Below are positions 1 through 9,227 of a stretch of 54,454 nucleotides of DNA, in pieces. The stretch's first letter is position 1; each line of letters begins with the position of its first letter. The stretch is from positions 1 to 54,454 of IMG/VR virus record IMGVR_UViG_3300025141_000124. One strand, written 5' to 3'. The DNA comes from a virus. Its lineage: Duplodnaviria; Caudoviricetes. The translations under genes were made by a program, and so were the position numbers. The notes beneath the pieces were generated by a model. The model was not told where the DNA came from and made no database searches. It saw only the letters and a list, made by a program, of their open reading frames with translations.

Positions 1-120
1 GCCTTCACCACCGGGGCCTTCACCACCGGGGCCTTCACCACCGGGGCCTTCACCACCGGGGCCTTCACCACCGGGGCCTTCACCACCGGGGCCTTCACCA
101 CCGGGGCCTTCACCACCGGG
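1..120 (-). repeat. Perfect 15-bp tandem repeat x8 (GCCTTCACCACCGGG) encoding (Pro-Gly-Gly-Glu-Gly)n, cut by the window edge
   Basis: Eight identical units seen directly; the reverse complement CCC GGT GGT GAA GGC is in frame with the 9219 ORF. Confidence 0.97.
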
Positions 121-3100
121 ATCTTCGCCCACACTAGTAAGCCCGAGTGTTTTTCCATTTTCTCCATAAAATAATCCAGCTACTTCTATTCCGTCTACAA
201 ACAACCTCATCATATCATTATTTGAGTTAGCTCTATAGTCACATCTAACTCTGTGCCAAGAATTTCTCTTCCAGTCCATCTCGGCCCCAATCATATGCTC
301 ATTATCGGGACCGAATATACCGAATATAAGCCGACCGCGATCTCCCTTAAATATGGAAATTACGTTATTACCAAGGTCTAATGGGCTATAAGTTACGACG
401 ACATCTACATCTGATCCAGGGAGGGCTTCCCTTAAGCTTATGCTTCTTCCGTCCGCACCGAGCTTAGCTCCGAGAGAAAAATCTTTCTGTACACCAGTTC
501 CTCCGGCTAATTTGCCTGTAATTTCGCTTCTATAAATTTCATCAAATAAGATTTCATCAATTTCAGACCGAGAATAAAACTCAGAAAATTCTTTCTTATT
601 CTCAAGAAGCTTAATGCTAATGATCTTTCTGGCAGACGACGGCAGCGAAAGCTCTGTTGATGAATCTGATTTTATACGCTTCCTTGTGGCGGAACTTATT
701 TCTACAAATGATCTTTCATCTGGATCTCGTATGGTATCAATTAAGGGAGATATCCAGAACTCTATACTTCCGCCCTCTTTTCTAAAATAAGAAAGATCAT
801 TTTGAATTACAAGAGGGGTAGTGTTGAAGAATTTAGCTGATTGCCCAAAGTTGTCATTGACGCTGTTAGAGCTTATAAGCATTTTATCAGATCTTAATAG
901 TTTCGCCTCATTAAAGACAGGACCTCCCTGGGCTTTGTGGCACTCAAAGAAAGTTCTTGTAGCCTGATCCACAGAGAACCCCATTCTAATCATTTTTGAT
1001 TCAAACAATTCTCTGTCATTTACAGCAAGAAGAAGCGCTTCTCGATCTTCTAAGTCTAATTTAAATTTATAATTTCTATCTGTATTTAGAAACTCTTTCT
1101 GTCTGAGCTTTCTTGACTGCAGCTTTATCGGATCATCAAAGTGAACTAGTAAAAGTGTTTGATCATCTGGACAACTTGGATTAGGATCTAAGTATTCCTC
1201 AGTTATGCTTCTTGTTCCACTGGTCAAAGATTCAGTTGGCCTAGTATCACTAGACATTTCTGTGACAATTTTATATTCATCAATAATTCCATTAAACGGA
1301 TTCTTACCAAACAAATCAGTTCCAAGATAAATACTTTGTCCAACCTGTGGAATGTTTATATTCAAATATGCAGGATATTCGATCCTATAACTTCCTGGGT
1401 TTAACTCGAATGGATCATCTGATCCAAATATATTGAATACAAGAGCTCCACTAATCCATCTGTTTATTTCTGCATAAATTCCCTGATTATTCTGAACTGT
1501 GATTGGATCACTCTCTAAGATCTCTAGAACACAAGGCTCATAATCTGGATCAGCAAGAATCAAGTTTCCTCTAGCTGAATCTACAGAATAAAATATTTTA
1601 CTTCCATTTATAATTCCATTTCCACTTATAAGAAAAGTTTCAAAATCAGATCCATCAGCTGTGTCTCCAAATATAGTTACGCTGCTTATGTCTGAACTTA
1701 CATATCCATCAACAATGTCCGTGCAGAAGCTGATATTATCGGAATCTATGTTTACAGATAATAATCTTCCCCTATTTTCTCTGGCCACCTGTGTAGACTG
1801 AGAGCTAAGTTTATATTGACCGGTTGGGTCAGATAATTTAGTTAGAAATGTTCCGAGATAAAAATCTCCTATATCAGTTATAGAATCAAGCGCTGGAATA
1901 TATCTCGGCTTAATAACCTTGGTTATCATAACATCGGAAAGTGATACAGGTTCTACGCCGTATGACAGCAAAATACTTTCAAACCCTGGCCCCCCCATTT
2001 GGCTATAAGAACTTGAAGATAGCACTATATCTTTCTTTACTTTACTGAATGATAATCCAAAGGTTTTTATATGAATATCTAGATCTGAAAATTCTACGCT
2101 AGCCACCATATTACAATCGCTATCCTCTCCGACAAATTGAATAAGCCTAGTATCTAAGTTAACTCTGAATTGTGGTTTTATAACTCTGCTTCCATTTGTT
2201 ACTACGATTTTATCATTTACAATTGTGTATTCTATTCCGCTAAATTCCTCTGAAACATTTTGAGAGTTAGTTTTAAAGATAGCATAAGATCCGTTTTTTA
2301 CATCAGTAAGAATTTGGCTTGTTATTCCTGCGGTTGGAGCTAATGTGAACGTTATTTGGGAATCTGAAGTATTAAAAATAACTGGATCTAGCGTCTGAGC
2401 GTCCAGAATTGTGACTCCAGACCCAACTACTGGGCCTATCAAGAAGTTTCCGCCAACATATATTCCCGCTAGGACTGCAGCCTCAAATATAATTGATCGA
2501 CCGAAAAGGGCATTCCCACTAAAATTAAGACTTTCCGAAGAAAAGACAGATGATCCGGCCAAAATTGTACCGTCAGTATAAGAATCATAATAAACTATGT
2601 TATCCTCGACTAAGCCTTGGAGCATTTCCTTGCTAACATCTGAAAATTTATCATTTACCCTGGTTTTTACATGACCACCGAATCTAAAAAGACTTGGGGC
2701 CTCTAGCCCATCAATAAATAGATGCATTTCGTCTTTTTCATAAAGAGTATTCAGCTTCCAGCTGGCAGCAATATGGCGAGCAATATTTGGCTTAAAATGC
2801 TTAATGCTTGTAGCAATATTATATATTCTTCCTTCTCCGTGCCTTTCTATGGAATTATCATGTATCCTGAAGTTTAAGAATCCCTTCCCGTCTTTGAAGA
2901 TAGATATTCTATTTTTACTACCACTCTCTCCGGTATCAAAAAGATATCTCAGCCTATCAGACGTAAATGTAATTTCATCAATATCATAAACTGCCGAAGA
3001 AACATAGCCATCTGCGTAACCATCTGCGTAACCATCCACACCACTGTTAGTCGTATTGAACGCAAATTCTATTTTTGAATCTGTAGAGACAAAGATATCA

Positions 3101-6100
3101 TCAGCCTCCAACAGTCCGCTTCCAACCTCCTCTCTTCCGTCGTACTCAATTAAAGAAATATCAATTAGATTGCCAGAAAAAAGATTATGATATGAGGCAG
3201 AGCTCATTAGCTCTCCATCGAATAAATGAACAGCTATAAACGGCTCACTCAATAATGAAGATAGATTTGCTGAAGCTTCTTCAAAATCACTTAACGCTAT
3301 GCTGCTTAAAATTTCAGTATCAGTTTCTACCGTTATTATTCCATCCTGCTTCCTTATGATTAATTCTTTAAAATTTCCATCGCGATAGTCAAAGAATAAT
3401 ATGTCTAATATGCCTCCAGACTCGCCATCGAGAACCAGCAGGACGGGCTGGCCGGCATTTGACACTCCTAGTGATAGCTTTATATTTACCTCTCCATCAA
3501 AAACATGAAGGGGCGAAATTCCCGTTAGACCTCCAGATATAACTCCGTTAAAGTTAGCAATGTCAGAACTTATTATTCCAGAATCTGTTTCTAAAACTCT
3601 AAAATCAATAGTCGCGGTCCAATCACCCTCAGAGCATGGTAATCTAGAAAATAATGAGTTTCTATTTATTGAATCTCTATTATCTGGATCAATAGCCGAA
3701 GTTGATGGGCCAGCTCTGTATATTCCGCCAGGAATGGCTGTATTAAAATTACCTGATTTATCCCAGAATCCGATATCATTTTCCGAACCTCCTAGTAGAA
3801 GATTTATAATGCCAGAATCAGTTTCATTTATCCTTCTCCACCCGCTGCTCTCAATGAGTCCATCGCCACAATATCGATAATTTGCTGAGCAAATTATTCC
3901 GGAGGCGCATGAGTCATCAGCCTTTCGATAAGATCTTAAAACAGAGGAAAATTCTCCGTCTGTCAAGATTCTCCCAGAGAATATATGATTGATATATATA
4001 TCAGAGAATTCAAGGCTATATTCTGATCCAATAACATTTACTGAAGTTGGAAGTGATATTTGCTCTCTTGATCTGGTCCTAAAAATCCACTGACCGGAAT
4101 CAGCCGACAAGTCGGATAGGCATAGGTCATCAAAGCCTATAAACACACCTTCGGAAGTGTCATAATTAAACGGGAAGCCAACGGATGTATCTGGTGAATC
4201 GTATTTATTGACCACGAAAGGAAGTTTACTGGGATTTTTTGCAAATTTTCCAATGTATATATCAGATAGATTAAATCTATTAAAAAGATTATAGGAGAAA
4301 TTATTTACGTTTATTACAGAGCCACATGCGCGATCCAAAGTTCCAATAGCGATTTTATCTGAGAGACTAACATCGCTACTTACCGGCAGATCAACTAGTG
4401 AAGAGAGATTAAATCTCGAAAAGATATAATCTTCATCTGCAGAGTTAATAAGGTCCGTGTAAAAGAGAGTAATAACCTGCTTGGCAGTAGTTAGTGCCGA
4501 AGACAATGTAATTATAACGCTATTTGTTACCGGATTTCTAACTATACTTACATCTAGGTAATCAGAACTCCAATCTACGATAAAACTTTTTTCCTTATAT
4601 CCGAGAACCGCTGCTGATGCAGTATTCTCCTTAGTCAGAACGGAAGCAACCTGATAAGATAAGACCATATTTCCTTGAGGGTTATAGTCATTGATAAATG
4701 CAGAGCCCCTGGCCGTAATTTCTTGATGATTTTGAGGAATTTTATTCAGAATAAAACCAGAGATACTATCAGGAATGGTTGTCGTTATATCACTTCCGAC
4801 GGCATCAATAAATCCAAAGACATCATATATAGCGCCTCTTGAATCTGTAACCTTAAACACAGAAGGCTTATCAATATAAATAACATTTTCGTCTGAAATA
4901 TTAGAGATATCAATTGGTGCATCAAATGTAATTCTAATTGATTGAAAATCCTTATCTCGGAAATCAGCCAAATCAGAAACAGTATCTGTTACAGAGCATC
5001 TGCAGCTTCGCGTTATATGAAGGCGATCATATTTCGGTATCTCATTGAAATCTAGGTTTAGATCTTCATCAGCAATAATGAAAGTCCGAGCAGCCCCGAG
5101 AGAATCTGTAACAGGCCTTAGGGCAAGCTGCAAGAACAACAGTTTATTATCATCTCCTATTGAGATAAACCCAGGAGAAGCATACCCCGCGAGAGCTTGA
5201 CTTGGGCTCTTTCCAATAAGATTCCATGGAACATTCACTATAGATTCATACAACCCTAAAGCTCCATCAGTTGGTGCGGAAACCGGAGTATCTGCCGCTG
5301 TACCGAGAATTATAGATGGTATGCTGAAATTATCTATTTTAATGGAAACAGAAAGGTCGAGCCTTGTAGCTCTAGTTAAAGTTTCTTCACTCTTCACAAT
5401 AGCATTTGGAGCAATTTCTAAAATCTCTTGCTCGCCAGCAAGAACTACATTGCTATTATGTATTGTTATGCTGGGAAGCGAAGTATCTATTCCGCCATCT
5501 CTATCGTCATCTGGGAATAAATTAAAATTATTTTCATAGCTAAAAATATCTGATCCCAAAGTATATTTATAGACCTTCGTTCCAATATTATCTATATCAA
5601 CCGTTATATTTGCATCGTTATCTATACCTGCCCAGTATGGTACGACCCAAGAAGAAATTGTTCCTTCATCCAAATTTAGATTAGAAATGGCTGGGGTAGT
5701 AACTACCGTTCCCTCCGCCACTTCTAGCCCTTCTTTAAATTTGCAATTTGCGAACTTAATTGGACCAGAAATGCTTACCTCTTCTGGCTGCAGAAAATCT
5801 CTTCCGAGAATCCAGCTACCAAATGCAGATTCTGTTATCTCAGGCTCTATATCGGTAAAAGATTCAATCAAAGTATTGAAAGACGACCTTATGGGTCCAC
5901 CTGTAAACGCCTGCATAACGCCACTTAATGCATTTCGATATAACTCTCTATCAATATTTAGTCCAAACTTTTGGAAAAATGGAATCTTAGTCAAAATTCC
6001 AAAGTTCTTACGAAGAGCCTCTCTTAGCGCCCCATACTTGTAAGTAACGAAGTACTCTTCTCCCTCGGCTATAGCGCTACCTATGGACCAGTCAATCTGG

Positions 6101-9100
6101 TTATCACCATATTCGTATGAGATATAAACATCATCATAAGAATATGTGTAGTTGAAGTAAATTTTTCCATATCTATAATCTATAGCGACTTCTGTACCTA
6201 CGGTTGGGGTTCCGCTGACGAGGTAGCTAACCAAAACTATATCATTATCCGAGCCAATGGACCCTGGGGCGAAAGAAACATATGCACCAAGCGAATCACT
6301 TATAACGGTGAAATCGCCAGCCGACAGAGTTTTGTTTGTCGATATATTTTCTATTTTAAAAACTGATGCAAAATTAACATCGGATATCCGAACCAGAGTG
6401 GCTCCAGAATCCTTTACCACTCTTGTTCTATATTTCTTTTTTAAGTCAATAACATTATTTTCAAAAGAAACATAGGATGAATCATAAAGATTCTTTCCAC
6501 CATCAATTACCGTCTGGAGGGCACTCGTCGCATTAGCCTCACCAATTCTTTTTGCCGGGTCTTTAGATCCGAGGCCATAACCTTCTAAGAATTTTTCATC
6601 AATAATTGCCTTTATTGATGAAATATTATGTTCGACTACGACGGTGTAGTCGGAAAGAACCTTATTGACTTCCTGCAGGATACCAGTCAAGTCTCTGGCA
6701 GATACTCCGCGATTTAATATTAAACTTGTTTCCAAGTCATCAATATTAATGGAATTATTGGTGTTTATGACTTTGTCATAATTTATAACAGAACTATAGA
6801 CTGTATCATTAGGGGCTAGCAGCTTTGAGGCCTGAGATACTGCAATTATATTGGAATTTCTAGTTAATGATGAGTTAAATTTATAGTCTATAGATCCAGA
6901 CTCATAATCTTGTCCAGTGGATACCGCCAAGTAAATCTTGCCATTATCGTAATCTACACTATAATCTCCGGGCTTTCTGAGCCTAGATATATTTGCCAGA
7001 GTATTATCATTGTTTGACGCTACAAAAGTAGATTTAATGGAGCTGCTAGCAACCCTCTTTAGAGACGGAGCCGTTGTGGACGATTTGAAATATTTTTCAT
7101 TTAAAAATACTGATTCATCAGAGAATAAAATTGAACTATTTAAGAACGATCCAATTGAATCTTCTGTGTCTCCAATAATCTGAGTATTTTCTAGGCTAAA
7201 AACATATCCTAGTGGCCCTAAGGTTACATCTTCTCCAAGGCTTGGAGCTTGAGCTGATAAGGCTATTCCGAATGAGTTTACCAGGCCATTTGAATCAGGG
7301 CTTCCAAAAAATCTTATCTGAATATCTTCGACAGGATCGGTCCCGCCTAAGCCAGTACTTCTAACAAAATAATCCTGAGAGCCTAAATTTATTAGTTCGG
7401 ATGGAATTCCGGGAGAAAATCTAATATTAGAATTAGAAAGAGCGCTTCTTATCTGAATTTCAAATGCTGGACAAACAAATTCTCCAGCGGCAACAAGATC
7501 TTCTTGTTCAACTTGGTCAAAGCTTGCCTCTTCTGAGCCAGACTCCTTAAACTCAGGCGACCTTCTTCCGGCAAAGAATATTTCATCATCCGTGTGATAT
7601 AGCGGCTGATAAACTTCTCCGGTTGTTTGGTTGAAAACTCTAAATACATCAGTTATTGGCGTATTTTTTGGGCTAATTGAAAATGATGAAGAAAATTTAT
7701 TTTCAACATGCTCATTAAAAATCTCAGTATGACAAGGTGCTTCGTAATCGACTCCTTCTGCAAAAACTTTTTCATAAGTATATTCTATAGAAACTTCTTC
7801 GTCAACTAAAATCCTAGTTTCTGAGGCAACTATCTCATTATTATTGATATAGAAGTCTAAATTTTTGACAAAAGAATTTCTGTATATATATGATGCGACT
7901 ATTGGCCTGCTCCCAGTGCCTTCTCCTATGATTTTTGGTCCGACGACGATGACCTCGCCCGTGCTATAATTTATAGCATATTCCCCGATTTTTGACGGAA
8001 GCTTTGATGTGTCAAAAACTAGTTCTCTTTTGAATTCTGCTGGAGTATCAGTAGATGCCTGACCGTATAGGAATGATACCCCGCCTCTCTCGGGAATTTC
8101 ATTATGAGAATCTACAACTGGGGCGTGCTTCAGGAAGAATCTTGTTATATTGGCCGGAATAGACTCCTGTGGTATAGCTTTTAGATTAAAAATTTCCAAT
8201 GAATCTTCGTTTATCTGAATTCCAGAATCTTTATACAAATAAGATATGATAATTTTATCACCAAGCTTTGGCTCGTCAATATTTCCAAATTCAGATAATA
8301 AAATCTGATTTGAATTTAAAGAAACATTTTTAAATCCATATTCTGAATCGTAACGATTATTTAAAATTGAATATTTATAAATTGATATATTATATTCTGT
8401 TCCCAAGTCGCCATCGCAGTCAACTACATCATCTGACTTGATGTGTATTAGTTTATTGAGCTTAATAATATCTTTTTTCGGTAGATTAATCAAAAATCCA
8501 TCAAAAGAGGCTCCGGTTGTTCCAAGGGATATTTCCTCGGAGTCAACAGCTACCTCTTTTGCGGAGATGGGATATTTCGGAAAAGCGGAATGCCTTGGAA
8601 TTGCTGAAGTTGAGTTATATTCGACTTCCCTAAAGATAGGCAGCTCGCCAGTTCTTTTGGAGGAAACTTTTTCAACCAGAAATGCGCCCTCATTTGCTAG
8701 GCGATCTGTAGCTCCTGAGCTTCTTATTCTTCTCTCGTCTATAACTGGCTCAGAAATATAATTATCGCTCAGGAGCTGACCCACATGCTTCTGCGCTCTA
8801 TATAGCTCCTCCGCTTGGTTATCAATTAGGCTTGTTAAATTAGAATTATCTAGCTTATAAAGAGACGGAACATTTTGAATAATTCTATCTCTAACAGGAT
8901 TGTAATTTTTCAATCCAAGGAAATATAAGTCTCGGCTTAAATCATCATTTATTAAGGCTACGCCATCGACAGACGAAAACTCTGAAGCCATGGTATCAAC
9001 TAGCTTTAGAATGTAATAATTACCAGCAATCTGAGGCTTTGTGGTAACCACAACAACATTATCGGCTACCACCACCCCGGTAACCTCTAGATCGTTAATA

Positions 9101-9219
9101 TTTCCGCTTACAGAGACTACGCTAAAATTTTCAATACTTAACGTCTTAGATAGATTTTTATTAAATGTTACCTTTAGCTCTGTACTGGATGGTATTGAAA
9201 ATAATGTTGGTCGAAGCAT
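1..9219 (-). CDS. Giant baseplate wedge protein (P2 gpI / T4 gp7-like core) with LamG/ConA-like domains, >3073 aa, 3'-truncated at the window edge; absent from the ORF track
   Basis: ATG at 9219 preceded by AAGGAAAGGT, 8 nt after the stop of the J-like gene; N-terminus MLRPTLFSIPSSTELKVTF. Spot translations in this frame at 9219-8980, 6060-5620, 3050-2700, 1380-720 and 300-1 are open. The track lists no ORF here, as expected if no stop occurs before position 1. gpI/gp7-like segment NFGILTKIP...DRELYRNALSGVMQAFTGGP...TDIEPEITE at ~6010-5830; LamG motifs HIAASW...HLFIDG, IYLG...FNGIIDEYKI, GSIEFWISP, WHRVRCDY...RLFVDG. Confidence 0.85.
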   Translation of the reverse strand, partial: MLRPTLFSIPSSTELKVTFNKNLSKTLSIENFSVVSVSGNINDLEVTGVVVADNVVVVTTKPQIAGNYYILKLVDTMASEFSSVDGVALINDDLSRDLYFLGLKNYNPVRDRIIQNVPSLYKLDNSNLTSLIDNQAEELYRAQKHVGQLLSDNYISEPVIDERRIRSSGATDRLANEGAFLVEKVSSKRTGELPIFREVEYNSTSAIPRHSAFPKYPISAKEVAVDSEEISLGTTGASFDGFLINLPKKDIIKLNKLIHIKSDDVVDCDGDLGTEYNISIYKYSILNNRYDSEYGFKNVSLNSNQILLSEFGNIDEPKLGDKIIISYLYKDSGIQINEDSLEIFNLKAIPQESIPANITRFFLKHAPVVDSHNEIPERGGVSFLYGQASTDTPAEFKRELVFDTSKLPSKIGEYAINYSTGEVIVVGPKIIGEGTGSRPIVASYIYRNSFVKNLDFYINNNEIVASETRILVDEEVSIEYTYEKVFAEGVDYEAPCHTEIFNEHVENKFSSSFSISPKNTPITDVFRVFNQTTGEVYQPLYHTDDEIFFAGRRSPEFKESGSEEASFDQVEQEDLVAAGEFVCPAFEIQIRSALSNSNIRFSPGIPSELINLGSQDYFVRSTGLGGTDPVEDIQIRFFGSPDSNGLVNSFGIALSAQAPSLGEDVTLGPLGYVFSLENTQIIGDTEDSIGSFLNSSILFSDESVFLNEKYFKSSTTAPSLKRVASSSIKSTFVASNNDNTLANISRLRKPGDYSVDYDNGKIYLAVSTGQDYESGSIDYKFNSSLTRNSNIIAVSQASKLLAPNDTVYSSVINYDKVINTNNSINIDDLETSLILNRGVSARDLTGILQEVNKVLSDYTVVVEHNISSIKAIIDEKFLEGYGLGSKDPAKRIGEANATSALQTVIDGGKNLYDSSYVSFENNVIDLKKKYRTRVVKDSGATLVRISDVNFASVFKIENISTNKTLSAGDFTVISDSLGAYVSFAPGSIGSDNDIVLVSYLVSGTPTVGTEVAIDYRYGKIYFNYTYSYDDVYISYEYGDNQIDWSIGSAIAEGEEYFVTYKYGALREALRKNFGILTKIPFFQKFGLNIDRELYRNALSGVMQAFTGGPIRSSFNTLIESFTDIEPEITESAFGSWILGRDFLQPEEVSISGPIKFANCKFKEGLEVAEGTVVTTPAISNLNLDEGTISSWVVPYWAGIDNDANITVDIDNIGTKVYKYTLGSDIFSYENNFNLFPDDDRDGGIDTSLPSITIHNSNVVLAGEQEILEIAPNAIVKSEETLTRATRLDLSVSIKIDNFSIPSIILGTAADTPVSAPTDGALGLYESIVNVPWNLIGKSPSQALAGYASPGFISIGDDNKLLFLQLALRPVTDSLGAARTFIIADEDLNLDFNEIPKYDRLHITRSCRCSVTDTVSDLADFRDKDFQSIRITFDAPIDISNISDENVIYIDKPSVFKVTDSRGAIYDVFGFIDAVGSDITTTIPDSISGFILNKIPQNHQEITARGSAFINDYNPQGNMVLSYQVASVLTKENTASAAVLGYKEKSFIVDWSSDYLDVSIVRNPVTNSVIITLSSALTTAKQVITLFYTDLINSADEDYIFSRFNLSSLVDLPVSSDVSLSDKIAIGTLDRACGSVINVNNFSYNLFNRFNLSDIYIGKFAKNPSKLPFVVNKYDSPDTSVGFPFNYDTSEGVFIGFDDLCLSDLSADSGQWIFRTRSREQISLPTSVNVIGSEYSLEFSDIYINHIFSGRILTDGEFSSVLRSYRKADDSCASGIICSANYRYCGDGLIESSGWRRINETDSGIINLLLGGSENDIGFWDKSGNFNTAIPGGIYRAGPSTSAIDPDNRDSINRNSLFSRLPCSEGDWTATIDFRVLETDSGIISSDIANFNGVISGGLTGISPLHVFDGEVNIKLSLGVSNAGQPVLLVLDGESGGILDILFFDYRDGNFKELIIRKQDGIITVETDTEILSSIALSDFEEASANLSSLLSEPFIAVHLFDGELMSSASYHNLFSGNLIDISLIEYDGREEVGSGLLEADDIFVSTDSKIEFAFNTTNSGVDGYADGYADGYVSSAVYDIDEITFTSDRLRYLFDTGESGSKNRISIFKDGKGFLNFRIHDNSIERHGEGRIYNIATSIKHFKPNIARHIAASWKLNTLYEKDEMHLFIDGLEAPSLFRFGGHVKTRVNDKFSDVSKEMLQGLVEDNIVYYDSYTDGTILAGSSVFSSESLNFSGNALFGRSIIFEAAVLAGIYVGGNFLIGPVVGSGVTILDAQTLDPVIFNTSDSQITFTLAPTAGITSQILTDVKNGSYAIFKTNSQNVSEEFSGIEYTIVNDKIVVTNGSRVIKPQFRVNLDTRLIQFVGEDSDCNMVASVEFSDLDIHIKTFGLSFSKVKKDIVLSSSSYSQMGGPGFESILLSYGVEPVSLSDVMITKVIKPRYIPALDSITDIGDFYLGTFLTKLSDPTGQYKLSSQSTQVARENRGRLLSVNIDSDNISFCTDIVDGYVSSDISSVTIFGDTADGSDFETFLISGNGIINGSKIFYSVDSARGNLILADPDYEPCVLEILESDPITVQNNQGIYAEINRWISGALVFNIFGSDDPFELNPGSYRIEYPAYLNINIPQVGQSIYLGTDLFGKNPFNGIIDEYKIVTEMSSDTRPTESLTSGTRSITEEYLDPNPSCPDDQTLLLVHFDDPIKLQSRKLRQKEFLNTDRNYKFKLDLEDREALLLAVNDRELFESKMIRMGFSVDQATRTFFECHKAQGGPVFNEAKLLRSDKMLISSNSVNDNFGQSAKFFNTTPLVIQNDLSYFRKEGGSIEFWISPLIDTIRDPDERSFVEISSATRKRIKSDSSTELSLPSSARKIISIKLLENKKEFSEFYSRSEIDEILFDEIYRSEITGKLAGGTGVQKDFSLGAKLGADGRSISLREALPGSDVDVVVTYSPLDLGNNVISIFKGDRGRLIFGIFGPDNEHMIGAEMDWKRNSWHRVRCDYRANSNNDMMRLFVDGIEVAGLFYGENGKTLGLTSVGEDPGGEGPGGEGPGGEGPGGEGPGGEGPGGEGPGGEGPGGEG
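3008..3036 (-). repeat. 12-bp tandem repeat (about 2.4 copies) encoding DGYADGYADGY
   Basis: CCATCTGCGTAA x2 plus CCATC on the + strand, in frame within the giant ORF. Confidence 0.85.
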
Positions 9220-9227
9220 ACCTTTCC

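Noticed and set aside
1-120. CRISPR array or telomere-like terminal repeat
   Set aside because: No spacers; the unit is a multiple of 3 and in frame with a coding sequence (PGGEG).
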